This document shows positions 1 through 9,032 of a DNA stretch of 32,750 nucleotides, piece after piece. The notes under the pieces are model-generated. The model did not search any database and was not told where the DNA came from. It saw nothing but the letters and a program-made list of their open reading frames with translations. This DNA is from an uncultured Clostridia bacterium (GTDB lineage Bacteria > Bacillota > Clostridia > TANB77 > CAG-508), in contig CANRLA010000003.1 in the NCBI GenBank assembly GCA_947631315.1, positions 1 through 32,750 on the forward strand, read 5' to 3'. Each line of letters begins with the position of its first letter. The stretch's first letter is position 1. Both the position numbers and the translations under genes were made by a program.

Positions 1-227
1 ACTAAAACTTTTAATGTTTTACCTGTTCCATTTGGAAGTACTACTGTACCTCTTACTTGTTGATCTGCATATTTAGAATCTACTCCTAATTTTACATGTA
101 ATTCAACAGTTTGGTCAAACTTAGTTTTAGGCATTTTTTCAATTATACTTAATGCTTCTTTTGCAGAGTATAATTTTTTTGAATCTACCATTTTTGCACA
201 TTCTTGGTATCTTTTTCCTCTTTTCAT
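1..227 (-). CDS. rplA: 50S ribosomal protein L1, 5' part (runs off the window start)
   Basis: Manual translation from ATG at 227: [80 protein letters not shown] upstream; lies downstream of rplK. Not in the ORF track because it is truncated. Confidence 0.97.
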   Translation of the reverse strand, partial: MKRGKRYQECAKMVDSKKLYSAKEALSIIEKMPKTKFDQTVELHVKLGVDSKYADQQVRGTVVLPNGTGKTLKVL

Positions 228-239
228 TTTACCCTCCTT

Positions 240-273
240 TGGTTTTATCGAAGTAATTACTTTACTTCTCCCA
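240..273 (-). promoter_or_regulatory. L1-binding autoregulatory mRNA site between rplK and rplA
   Basis: - strand UGG-GA-GAAGUAA-agua-a-UUACUUC-GAUAAAA-CCA: GGGAG...GAUAAAACC internal loop closed by helices, directly abutting the rplA SD. This matches the L1 rRNA-mimic site found before rplA in Firmicutes. Confidence 0.7.
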
Positions 274-281
274 ATTTAAAA

Positions 282-713
282 TTATTCTTCTACTGTAACA
301 CCCATTGAACGAGCTGTTCCAGCTACCATACTCATTGCTGCTTCTAATGAACCTGCATTTAAGTCTGGCATTTTTTGCTTTGCAATTTCTTCAACTTGTG
401 CCTTTGTTATTTTTCCAACTTTTTCTCTATTTGGCTTTCCTGAACCTTTAGCTAAGTTTATTGATTTTTTAATTAAAACTGCTACTGGTGGTTCTTTAGT
501 TATAAAGTCAAATGATTTGTCAGGGTGAACAGTAATAACAACTGGAATTATTAATCCTGCTTGTTTCGCTGTTCTATCATTAAATTGTTTTACGAAGTCC
601 ATGATATTAACACCACTACCTCCTAATGCTGGTCCAACTGGTGGAGCTGGAGTAGCTTTACCTGCTTCTATTTGTAATTTAATGATGATTTCTTTTTCTT
701 CTTTTTTAGCCAT
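282..713 (-). CDS. rplK: 50S ribosomal protein L11
   Basis: [20 protein letters not shown] and MPDLNA...GTARSMG motifs. ATG at 713 preferred over GTG at 722 because the SD AAGGAGG overlaps the latter. Confidence 0.98.
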   Translation of the reverse strand: MAKKEEKEIIIKLQIEAGKATPAPPVGPALGGSGVNIMDFVKQFNDRTAKQAGLIIPVVITVHPDKSFDFITKEPPVAVLIKKSINLAKGSGKPNREKVGKITKAQVEEIAKQKMPDLNAGSLEAAMSMVAGTARSMGVTVEE

Positions 714-784
714 TTTTAGCACCTCCTTTGGTTTGTATATTTAAAAATAATTTATATAAATCGTCAGATAACGATTATAAGCAT

Positions 785-1321
785 TTATTTAACTTTTTCT
801 ACCTCTGAAAAGTCTAGTTCAACTGGTGTTTCTCTACCAAACATTGATACTAATACTTTTACCTTTTTCTTTTCTTTGTTAATTTCAGTAACTGTTCCTG
901 TAAAGTCTGTAAATGGTCCATTGATTACTCTTATATTATCATTAACTTCATAGTCAACGTTTATTGATTGAGTTTCAAATCCCATTCTTCTAATTTCATG
1001 ATCTGTAAGTGGAATTGGATCCGTTCCTGAACCAACAAAGCCTGTTACTCCTCTAGTATTCCTAACGATATACCATGTTTCCTCTGTAACAATCATTTTT
1101 ACTAAAACGTAACCTGGAAATACCTTTTTTAAGTTAGTTTTTCTTTTTCCATCTTTTATTTCAATTTGCTCTTCCATTGGAACAATTATATCAAAAAAGT
1201 AGTCTTGTAACTCTCTGTTTTTAATGGTTTTCTCTAGGTCAGTTTTTACTTTATTTTCATATCCTGAATATGTATGAACTACATACCATCTTGGTTCTAA
1301 ATCATAATCTTTTTGAGACAT
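785..1321 (-). CDS. nusG: Transcription termination/antitermination factor NusG
   Basis: WYVVHTYSGYENKVK, FPGYVLV, RNTRGVTGFVG, KOW domain ending MFGRETPVEL; canonical secE-nusG-rplK order. Confidence 0.98.
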   Translation of the reverse strand: MSQKDYDLEPRWYVVHTYSGYENKVKTDLEKTIKNRELQDYFFDIIVPMEEQIEIKDGKRKTNLKKVFPGYVLVKMIVTEETWYIVRNTRGVTGFVGSGTDPIPLTDHEIRRMGFETQSINVDYEVNDNIRVINGPFTDFTGTVTEINKEKKKVKVLVSMFGRETPVELDFSEVEKVK

Positions 1322-1357
1322 GTTTAGCCTCCTTATATAAAAATGTTTTATCCGTAC

Positions 1358-1924
1358 TTATTCTTCTACGCTAGTATCAGTCTCTTCTATAGGAACTCCT
1401 TCATTGCTTTCAGTGTTTGTATCTTCTTCATTTATAGAATTTTCTTCACTATCTGTAGCTATTGCATTTTCAGAAACTTCATTATTTACTGTAACTTCAT
1501 TTACTACATTTGATGAATTTTGCAATTTTTCAACTTGTTTTACTTCAAGTGTAGTTATTCCATCAAAAATAAGATCTAATACGAATACTAATAAAGAAAC
1601 AATTATAACTACAACAAGAACTACTACAGTATTATTAAATAATTCTTTTTTACTAGGCCAAATTATCTTTTTTAATTCTGCTTTAAAATCTTTAAACCAA
1701 TGTTTCTTATTAGCTTTTTTATCAGCTTTAGCTACTTTGGTTTGTTTATTAGATTCTTTATTTTTCTTATTATCTTTTACCGTATTTTTTGAAGTACTCT
1801 CAACTTTTGATACTTCTGTTTCTTCTTGTATTTCTTCATCTTTTACTTCTTCTAGTTTAGTATCTTTCTTTTCTACTACTTTTTTATTGTTCTTTACTTT
1901 CTTTTTATTGCTCTTTTTAGCCAT
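1358..1924 (-). CDS. secE: Preprotein translocase subunit SecE, with long N- and C-terminal extensions
   Basis: Core FKDFKAELKKIIWPSKKELFNNTVVVLVVVIIVSLLVFVLD; sits between rpmG and nusG; ATG at 1924 with SD AGGAGG. Confidence 0.92.
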   Translation of the reverse strand: MAKKSNKKKVKNNKKVVEKKDTKLEEVKDEEIQEETEVSKVESTSKNTVKDNKKNKESNKQTKVAKADKKANKKHWFKDFKAELKKIIWPSKKELFNNTVVVLVVVIIVSLLVFVLDLIFDGITTLEVKQVEKLQNSSNVVNEVTVNNEVSENAIATDSEENSINEEDTNTESNEGVPIEETDTSVEE

Positions 1925-1948
1925 TTTGATTCCTCCTAAATACAAGAA

Positions 1949-2113
1949 CTATTTTGTTTCTTTGTGTGCTGTTGACTTTTTGCAGAATCTACAATATTTT
2001 TTTATTTCTAATCTATCAGAATTATTTTTCTTATTTTTTTCTGTAACATAGTTTCTATTGTGGCATTCTGTGCACTCTAAAGTTATATGTTCTCTTGCGC
2101 CTTTTGTTGCCAT
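1949..2113 (-). CDS. rpmG: 50S ribosomal protein L33, zinc-ribbon (C+) form
   Basis: [54 protein letters not shown]; SD GGAGGTG before ATG at 2113. Confidence 0.97.
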   Translation of the reverse strand: MATKGAREHITLECTECHNRNYVTEKNKKNNSDRLEIKKYCRFCKKSTAHKETK

Positions 2114-2178
2114 ATTAAATACACCTCCAGCATAAAAAATCTTTTCTAGCGTATGTGTCAATACACATACGCTAAAAT

Positions 2179-2207
2179 ATTTTATCATAATTTTCAGTTT
2201 GTGTCAA
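2179..2207 (-). promoter_or_regulatory. Sigma-A promoter of the rpmG-secE-nusG operon
   Basis: TTGACA-17 nt-TAAAAT with an extended TG motif. Confidence 0.75.
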
Positions 2208-2269
2208 CCCCCATTTCAAGAGTAGTTGGCACATTTCTTAACTTTGGTTCATATATCTCTTGCGTTTTA

Positions 2270-3151
2270 TTATTGTAATTGTTTTGCAACTTCTTCAGCA
2301 AAATTTTCTTCTCTTTTTTCTAGTCCTTCACCTTTTTCAAATCTTGCAAATTTTATAACTTTTCCATTTTTTTCTGCAACCATTTGTCCCACTTTTTTAC
2401 TTGGATCTTTAACGAATTCTTGGTCTAATAAACATATTTCTGAGTAGAATTTTCCTAGTCTTCCTGCAACGATTTTTTCTGCTACAGCTTCAGGTCTTCC
2501 TTCATTTATAACTTGTGCTTTAAGTATGTCTTTTTCTTTATCTAGTCTATCTGATGGAACTTCTTCTTCTGATAAGAACTCTGGTTTAGCTGCTGCAATT
2601 TGCATACATACATCTTTTCCAACTGTTTCGTCAGCACCTTCTATTTCAACTAAAACACCAATTTTTCCTTCTCCATGAATATAGCTTACTACCATTCCGC
2701 TTTGTGATTCAAATCTAACAAATCTTCTTATATTCATGTTTTCACCTATTGTTGCAATTTTGTTTGTTAATACCTCTTGTACTGTTAAATTTGCATCTTC
2801 TATTGATTTTTGTGCAAGTAATTCTTCTACATCTTTTGGATTATTTTGAGCTACTTGTTTTACAACATTTTTAACAAATTCCTGAAAATCTGCATTTTTA
2901 GCAACGAAATCTGTTTCAGCATTAACTTCAACTAATGCTCCGACTTTTTTATCATCACTAACGTATGCTGCTACTAATCCTTCTGCTGCTATTCTATCAG
3001 ACTTTTTAGCTGCTTTCATTATTCCTCTTTCACGTAATAATTCAATAGCTTTTTCTTCATTTCCATCTGTTTCTGTTAAAACTTTTTTGCAGTCCATCAT
3101 TCCTGCACCTGTTTTTTCTCTTAACTCTTTAACTTGACTAGCTGTAATCAT
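2270..3151 (-). CDS. tsf: Translation elongation factor Ts
   Basis: VKELREKTGAGMMDCKK and EVNAETDFVAKN motifs; downstream of rpsB. Confidence 0.98.
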   Translation of the reverse strand: MITASQVKELREKTGAGMMDCKKVLTETDGNEEKAIELLRERGIMKAAKKSDRIAAEGLVAAYVSDDKKVGALVEVNAETDFVAKNADFQEFVKNVVKQVAQNNPKDVEELLAQKSIEDANLTVQEVLTNKIATIGENMNIRRFVRFESQSGMVVSYIHGEGKIGVLVEIEGADETVGKDVCMQIAAAKPEFLSEEEVPSDRLDKEKDILKAQVINEGRPEAVAEKIVAGRLGKFYSEICLLDQEFVKDPSKKVGQMVAEKNGKVIKFARFEKGEGLEKREENFAEEVAKQLQ

Positions 3152-3178
3152 ACTTTTATCCTCCTCATTTATATTTTT

Positions 3179-3228
3179 TAGATAGTACTAATTAGTCTAC
3201 CTTTTATAGATTAATTTCATACTATCTA
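3179..3228 (-). other. Long interrupted stem-loop in the rpsB-tsf spacer
   Basis: TTAGATAGTA...TACTATCTAA outer stem and AATTAGTCTA...TAGATTAATT inner stem; may be an attenuator or processing site. Confidence 0.5.
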
Positions 3229-3249
3229 ATTTTTTTATTATTTATATTT

Positions 3250-4038
3250 TTATTCTTCTACTTCTGATTCTTGTGTAGCAACTACTTCTTCCATAGATGT
3301 TGGTTCTTCTTTTATTGCTTCAGGTTCAGCTGGAACTTCTTCAGTTTCTAAACTTTCTCCTTGTTTTCCTTCTATGATAGCATTAGCCATAACATCTGTA
3401 ATTAATTTTACAGCTCTTATAGCATCATCATTTCCTGGAATAACGTAATCAACATCGTTTGGATTGCAGTTTGTATCAACTAATCCAATAATTGGGATAT
3501 TTAATTTTCTAGCTTCTTGAACTGCTATATGTTCTTTTTTAGGATCAACTAAAAAGATAATATCTGGAATTCCTGACATTTCTTTTATTCCACCTAAATT
3601 TTTATTTAATTTTTCCATTTCTTTTCTTAATAAAACAACTTCTTTTTTAGGTAATACTTCAAATGTTCCATCTTGTTCCATTGTTTCTAATTGAGTTAAT
3701 CTGTCAATTCTTTTTCTAATTGTTTTGAAGTTTGTTAATGTTCCACCTAACCATCTTTCATTTACATAGAACATTCCACTTTTTTCTGCTGCTTCTTTTA
3801 CGCAGTCTTGTGCTTGTTTTTTAGTTCCTACAAATAAAATTGTTTTTCCTTCTTCGGCTTGTTCTTTCATAAATTCATAAGCCTCATCTAATTTTTTAGA
3901 TGTCTTTTGTAAATCGATAATATGGATACCATTTCTAGCTTGGAATATATATTCAGCCATTCTTGGATCCCATCTTCTTGTTTGATGTCCAAAATGAACA
4001 CCAGCTTCTAGTAATTGTTTCATTGCAACTACTGCCAT
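3250..4038 (-). CDS. rpsB: 30S ribosomal protein S2
   Basis: [37 protein letters not shown] motifs; ATG at 4038 with SD AAGGAGG. Confidence 0.98.
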   Translation of the reverse strand: MAVVAMKQLLEAGVHFGHQTRRWDPRMAEYIFQARNGIHIIDLQKTSKKLDEAYEFMKEQAEEGKTILFVGTKKQAQDCVKEAAEKSGMFYVNERWLGGTLTNFKTIRKRIDRLTQLETMEQDGTFEVLPKKEVVLLRKEMEKLNKNLGGIKEMSGIPDIIFLVDPKKEHIAVQEARKLNIPIIGLVDTNCNPNDVDYVIPGNDDAIRAVKLITDVMANAIIEGKQGESLETEEVPAEPEAIKEEPTSMEEVVATQESEVEE

Positions 4039-4054
4039 TTTTAATTCCTCCTTT

Positions 4055-4135
4055 TTGTTTTTAACCTCCACAAATTTCTTCATATAAAACTACCTTTTCA
4101 GGCATCAATTTTATACTCCGTCTGTGTGTGTATTT
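4055..4135 (-). promoter_or_regulatory. S2 (rpsB) leader RNA
   Basis: - strand ACACACACAGACGGAG...GAUGCC...GGUAG...UUUGUGGAGG between the promoter and SD, resembling the conserved CACAC...UGUGGAGG rpsB leader. Confidence 0.6.
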
Positions 4136-4148
4136 TTCAACGTTTGTA

Positions 4149-4177
4149 ATTATATCAAATAAAAGCTAAAAAATCAA
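4149..4177 (-). promoter_or_regulatory. Sigma-A promoter of rpsB-tsf
   Basis: TTGATT-17 nt-TATAAT with an extended TG motif. Confidence 0.75.
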
Positions 4178-4200
4178 GAGTTTTTGCAAAACTCTTGATT
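4172..4200 (-). terminator. Intrinsic terminator of the histidine kinase gene
   Basis: AATCAAGAGTTTT-tgc-AAAACTCTTGATT inverted repeat, followed by a U-tract on the - strand. Confidence 0.75.
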
Positions 4201-4230
4201 AATTATTGAAATTTTAATTTATATTAATGT

Positions 4231-5511
4231 TTAGTATATTTCTAATTGTTGTTTAAATAATTTATCTCTACTTGTATATATCTGTATATTTTTATTTTTG
4301 CTTAGTATTTGCTTTACTTTCCATAGTCCTAGTCCGTGAGAAATCTTATCTTTTTTACTTGAAAATCCTTTTTCATATATTTTCTTTACGTCTATTAAAT
4401 AATTCTTATATGGATTTTCTATTATAATTAAATTTCTGTTGTTATATTTATCTCTTAAAAACTTTATACTTATCACTTTTGTTTCACAGCCTAAGCAAGC
4501 TTCTATAGCATTATCTATGAGTATTCCAAGTATTCTGCACAAATCATAAGTTGGAACTTTTAATGTATTTAAATCAATATATACTTCCAGTTTTATTTTT
4601 ATAGACTTTTTTTCCGCTTCTTTTATTTTATTATTAATTAGATTTAATATTGCTGGGTTAGAAATGATATCATTATTTATGCTTTGTTTTTCATTAATTT
4701 CTTGACATTCACTTATTATGGAATTATACATTTTATTTAATCCGTTAAAATCTTTTGCTCTGATATATCCACCTAGTCCTTGCATAATGTTGTTAAAATC
4801 ATGTTTAAATGCTCTAACACTATCATAATTTTCTTGTAGTCTTTTGTTAGTTTCTTCTAAATTTTCTATTAGTATTCTAGTTTCACTTTGATTAATCATA
4901 CTTAATATACTTCTTATAAAATTTACTAAATATGCTATTTGCATTAAGCTAAATAGTAAATATGTATAAATTGAAATATTTTCTAAATCTCCAATAATTT
5001 TTATTTTTGATATGAAAATTAAAATTATTGAACTTAGACTTATTATTGTTATTTTATTTTTTATTTTTTCATCTAAACATTCTTTTACTATAATTGAAAC
5101 CTTTTTATGTTTTATAAACAAAATTATAGCTAAATTTATTATAATTTCTGTCACATAAACTAAATTAATATTATTTATATATGTATTTTTTACAAAAAAT
5201 ATAATTTCTGATATTGTTTTTATTATTTCACAAAATAACACTGCTAAAAACAGCTTTTCTGATTTTATTTTCAAGAAAATTTTATATAAAAATAATTTTA
5301 TTAAAATGTCTAGTGATATATATATTTGAATTGGTAAAAATAACGATATTATTATTTTTAAAATAGATTGAACAATAAATAACTTTAATTCTCCTTTTTG
5401 ATGAATTTGAAAAATTTTAATTATCATTCGATTCTCTAAAAATATATTTATCAAATTTAAAAGTATAAATAATGCTATATTTATTGGATTGTTTTTTAGT
5501 TTGTTTAACAT
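4231..5511 (-). CDS. Membrane sensor histidine kinase, AgrC/VirS-like (GHKL domain)
   Basis: Multi-TM N-terminus; H-box RAFKHDFNN, N-box ILIDNAIEA, G-boxes GFSSK and HGLGL. Start at 5511 fits SD AAGGAG. Confidence 0.88.
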   Translation of the reverse strand: MLNKLKNNPINIALFILLNLINIFLENRMIIKIFQIHQKGELKLFIVQSILKIIISLFLPIQIYISLDILIKLFLYKIFLKIKSEKLFLAVLFCEIIKTISEIIFFVKNTYINNINLVYVTEIIINLAIILFIKHKKVSIIVKECLDEKIKNKITIISLSSIILIFISKIKIIGDLENISIYTYLLFSLMQIAYLVNFIRSILSMINQSETRILIENLEETNKRLQENYDSVRAFKHDFNNIMQGLGGYIRAKDFNGLNKMYNSIISECQEINEKQSINNDIISNPAILNLINNKIKEAEKKSIKIKLEVYIDLNTLKVPTYDLCRILGILIDNAIEACLGCETKVISIKFLRDKYNNRNLIIIENPYKNYLIDVKKIYEKGFSSKKDKISHGLGLWKVKQILSKNKNIQIYTSRDKLFKQQLEIY

Positions 5512-5753
5512 TTCATATTCTCCTTTTATGGTAATATATTCCATTTTATAACATTTTTTTGTTATTTGCAATACTTTTTAACAATTTTTTACAATTTTTT
5601 GTATAGTTTTGAAATATTTAGTCGATAATTTTTTAATTTTGTATAATTTTGTTTTTTGAGGAAATACTAAAATTATAAAAATACTATGAACAACTTAAAG
5701 TTATGATGTTTACTATAGTATGTTTATAAAAATTTAAGAAAGGATTAAGTAAA

Positions 5754-6875
5754 ATGAAAACTAAAACAATTTTATTTTTAACTATATTATCTGCAGTTTT
5801 ATTTTTCGTTCCTAGTTTTTGTAATGCTGAAAGTATAACTGCAAATGATGATGCAAGTTTAAGAAGTGCTATAACTGGTGAAGGTACTTCTGTAGTAATT
5901 ACATTAGAAGATGATATTGATTTAGATGCTCCTATAGAGTTTACTGATAAAACTGTAACTATTAATGGTAATGGACATACAATATCTACATCTAAGCAAT
6001 TAGAAGATGCTTCATGGCCAAAGGTTGGAAATGCTACACTTCTTACTGCTGGTTCAGATACTGGAAAATTAATATTAAATAATGTTAATTTAAAAAATGC
6101 TCCAAAATATGGTGCTCAAGCATACAATGGTGGTACTCTTGTATTAAATAATGTTAATGTAACAGGTTGCGGATATGGAGGTATTATAACAAATGCTGGT
6201 ATCATTGAAGTTCAAAATTTAACATTAGGAAAAAATGGAGCAGATGACAATGTTGGTATTGAAATAGCAAAGAGTCAAAGTCTTGGTGCTGATAAAGAGC
6301 CTAAATTAATAATGAATGGTACTCTTAATTCAAGCCAAATGGAAAATGTTGTATATTTAGCAGTAAATGATAATTTAACAACTTTTGATGTTGAAAACAG
6401 TGAAACTACAACTGATAAGATTCTTGTTAGTGGAAATACAGTAGTTGTTACAGACCCACAAAATAATGTAAAATTCGTAAGTAACGAAAACTTCAAAGAA
6501 GGTTTAAAATTTGAAGGTGATGAGTTTGTTCCAAACATTACTGTAAGTGTTCGTATAATGTACAAAACTGTTGATACTCAAATAATGTCTAATTCTACTA
6601 TTTCTATGGATCAATTAAATGCATTAATTAATTTAGAAGAATTAGGTTATGGTGATTATACTCTTGATGGTTTCTATTTAGATGCTGATTTTAAAGAGAG
6701 TTTTAATTTTGAAACTCCTTTAACTGAAGACACTGTTATTTATGCAAAATTAGCTCCAAAAGCTGAAAAAGATGAAACTCCAAAAACTGGTGTTGAAAGT
6801 TATTTAGGATTAGCCTTTGCTATTTTAGGTACAGCAATCTTAAGTATAGTTGTTCTTAAAAACAAAGAATTCTAA
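5754..6875 (+). CDS. Sortase-anchored surface protein (beta-helix-like N-terminal domain, InlB-B/Flg_new-like repeat, TPKTG signal)
   Basis: Signal peptide; ITLEDDIDL...TINGNGHTI pectin-lyase-like start; YTLDGFYLDADFKESFNFETPLTEDTVIYAK repeat; TPKTG followed by TM helix and KNK. Confidence 0.75.
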   Translation: MKTKTILFLTILSAVLFFVPSFCNAESITANDDASLRSAITGEGTSVVITLEDDIDLDAPIEFTDKTVTINGNGHTISTSKQLEDASWPKVGNATLLTAGSDTGKLILNNVNLKNAPKYGAQAYNGGTLVLNNVNVTGCGYGGIITNAGIIEVQNLTLGKNGADDNVGIEIAKSQSLGADKEPKLIMNGTLNSSQMENVVYLAVNDNLTTFDVENSETTTDKILVSGNTVVVTDPQNNVKFVSNENFKEGLKFEGDEFVPNITVSVRIMYKTVDTQIMSNSTISMDQLNALINLEELGYGDYTLDGFYLDADFKESFNFETPLTEDTVIYAKLAPKAEKDETPKTGVESYLGLAFAILGTAILSIVVLKNKEF

Positions 6876-6892
6876 GAAATCATATTAGTTAT

Positions 6893-6913
6893 AGCCTACA
6901 TTAATTGTAGGCT
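6893..6913 (+). terminator. Probable intrinsic terminator
   Basis: AGCCTACA-ttaat-TGTAGGCT hairpin 17 nt after the stop codon. Confidence 0.6.
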
Positions 6914-7093
6914 GAACTATTTTATTAAATGCTAATTTTATTAATTTATCTATTCATCGAATGTATTATATTCTTTAATTAATTAATTTATTTATTATTT
7001 TTTATTCTTTGATTTATTAATGAGATAATTTACTAATTTAATTACTTCTAAGTACATATTTTTGCAAATAGAAAAGGGGATAAAATTTTTATT

Positions 7094-7897
7094 ATGAAAA
7101 ATAATTCAAAAAAATCGTTTCGTAAAATCGTTTATATTGTACTAATTATAATTGCTGTTCTTTCCGTTGTTTACATTATAAAATATTTCTATGATTATTA
7201 CACTTCTAAGAATCAAAGTAATCTACTAAATGAAGTTACAATTTCAGAGCAAACTAATTTTCTAATTGAAAATAATTTGCAAGAGTCAACCACTGAACCT
7301 ATTAAGTCTGAAAGAATTTTAAAATTGGAAGAACTAAAAAAGCAAAATGATGATATTATTGGTTGGGTTGAAATTGAAAATACTGACATTAATTACCCTG
7401 TCTTACAATCCGAAGACAATGATTTTTATATGAATCATAATTATAAAGGTGAGTTTTCTACTGCTGGTGCAATTTTTTTGGACAAAGATTATAACTGGAG
7501 TATTCCTAGTAGCAACCTTCTTATATATGGTCACAATATGAAAAATAGCACAATGTTTCAAAATTTACTAAATTATAATAGTATAGATTATTATTATGAG
7601 CATCCTATTATAAGATTTACCACCTTGCAAGAAGATGCCCAATATGAAATTATTGGTGCATTTTATTCTAAGGTATATTTTAAAACTGATACCAATGTTT
7701 TTAAGTATTATAAATTTATAAATGCTAAAAATGAAGATGAATATAACAGTTACATTCAAAATGTAAAAAAAGCTTCTTTATACGATACAGGAATAAGTGC
7801 TCAATATGGCGAACAATTAATTACTTTATCAACTTGTTCTTATCATACTGCTGATGGAAGGTTTGTTGTAGTTGGCAGAAAGAAAGTAGTTGAATAA
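7094..7897 (+). CDS. srtB: Class B sortase
   Basis: N-terminal TM anchor; IGWVEIENTDINYPVLQ, IYGHNMKNSTMF (His), LITLSTC (Cys), GRFVVVG (Arg). Confidence 0.93.
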   Translation: MKNNSKKSFRKIVYIVLIIIAVLSVVYIIKYFYDYYTSKNQSNLLNEVTISEQTNFLIENNLQESTTEPIKSERILKLEELKKQNDDIIGWVEIENTDINYPVLQSEDNDFYMNHNYKGEFSTAGAIFLDKDYNWSIPSSNLLIYGHNMKNSTMFQNLLNYNSIDYYYEHPIIRFTTLQEDAQYEIIGAFYSKVYFKTDTNVFKYYKFINAKNEDEYNSYIQNVKKASLYDTGISAQYGEQLITLSTCSYHTADGRFVVVGRKKVVE

Positions 7898-7961
7898 TAA
7901 TTTAATTAATTTATTTTAATTAAATATTATTAAAAAGCAATTTATTTTGTAAAACATTAAA

Positions 7962-7989
7962 GCTCCTCCCTGATTATTCAAGGAGGAGC
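7962..7989. terminator. Terminator hairpin between the convergent srtB and cohesin genes
   Basis: GCTCCTCCCTGA-ttat-TCAAGGAGGAGC; U-rich tail on the - strand. Confidence 0.75.
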
Positions 7990-8089
7990 CTCATTGGTAA
8001 AAATTTAAAGTTTACACAAAGAATCTTATATTTTTTTATATTATTTTTATCTTAGCTTACTTTTATTATTTTTCTAAAATTCATTGTTT

Positions 8090-8998
8090 TTAATCTCTTT
8101 TTACTGTTTCTTTTTTATTTAGCAACTTAATTCTAACTAATAAGGTTATTGAAACTAATGCAAATATACTAATTAATATAAATGTTAAAATATCTATATC
8201 ACCTGTTTGTGGTAAAATGCCTGGTCTAACATCATCTTTTTTAGCATCATTTATATTAGTACTACTTCCGTTTTGATTTGCATTATTGCTACTTCCATTG
8301 TTTCCACCATTCTGACTTTCATCATTTTGGCTTCCACCATTTTGACCTTCGGCATTTTCGCCTTCGCCATTTTGACTTTCGCCATTTTGGTTTCCATCGT
8401 TTTGGCTTTCGCCGTTTTGATTTTCGTCATTTTGACTTCCACCATTTCCACCATTTCCATCATTTTCATCATGATTTCCGCTGTTTCCATCGTCATCGCT
8501 TCCTACTTTTTCTTGTATTGTTACTTTAACAGAAGCATCACTAGTTGCTATATCTGAAACTGCATTTGATCCTGAAAAATTAGTTAATTTAATTGTTGTT
8601 TCTCCTAATGCTGCATTTTCTTTTACTTTTAATTTAATTTTTCCTATATCTTGTGCTGTATTTACCACTTGACAGTCTTTAGTAGTACCTATAATTATTT
8701 TATTTTGATAAAATGGTTCATCCCATTTTTCAGTTCCTTCTGACACATCATATTCAAATATTGAAGAATCAAATTCTATATTAGATTTATAAGCTCCAAT
8801 ACCTTTTTCACCACTCTCTACAGATATATCGCTTAATGAAATAGTTAAAGTAAGTTCATCTCCTATGTGAACCTGAGAATGATTTGCACTTAAGCTTACT
8901 TTGTAGCTATCGTTTGCTGCTTTTACATTTGTACTAAGTGCTAGCATTGTAATTAATACTATAGCAATTACATTTATTCTCCTTATAATATTTTTCAT
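8090..8998 (-). CDS. Cell-wall-anchored single-cohesin protein (anchoring mini-scaffoldin)
   Basis: Signal peptide; about 135-aa cohesin-like beta-sandwich (VHIGDELTLTISL, GIGAYKSNIEFDSSIFEY, IGKIKLKVKENAALGETTIKLTN); G/N/Q/S/E linker; LPQTG followed by TM helix and basic tail. Confidence 0.8.
   Translation of the reverse strand: MKNIIRRINVIAIVLITMLALSTNVKAANDSYKVSLSANHSQVHIGDELTLTISLSDISVESGEKGIGAYKSNIEFDSSIFEYDVSEGTEKWDEPFYQNKIIIGTTKDCQVVNTAQDIGKIKLKVKENAALGETTIKLTNFSGSNAVSDIATSDASVKVTIQEKVGSDDDGNSGNHDENDGNGGNGGSQNDENQNGESQNDGNQNGESQNGEGENAEGQNGGSQNDESQNGGNNGSSNNANQNGSSTNINDAKKDDVRPGILPQTGDIDILTFILISIFALVSITLLVRIKLLNKKETVKRD
8300..8470 (-). repeat. Degenerate 15-bp tandem repeat encoding a (G/D)xxQN linker
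   Basis: GGSQN DENQN GESQN DGNQN GESQN GEGEN AEGQN GGSQN DESQN; + strand units such as CCATTTTGACTTTCG. Confidence 0.8.
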
Positions 8999-9032
8999 TT
9001 TTCTCTCCTATCCATTTGATTAATTTTATAAT

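Noticed and set aside
1404-2051. 215-aa hydrophobic ORF on the + strand
   Set aside because: Antisense shadow of the Lys/Glu-rich secE and rpmG; no SD or recognisable motif.
6929-6982. 17-codon ORF MLILLIYLFIECIIFFN with an AgrD-like CxxFF near the orphan kinase
   Set aside because: No SD, no charged C-terminal tail, no agrB nearby; such ORFs are expected by chance in AT-rich DNA.
8251-8557. Met/Lys-rich, His/Phe/Arg-rich and Ile-rich short repetitive ORFs
   Set aside because: Alternate-frame readings of the 15-bp linker repeat in the cohesin gene.
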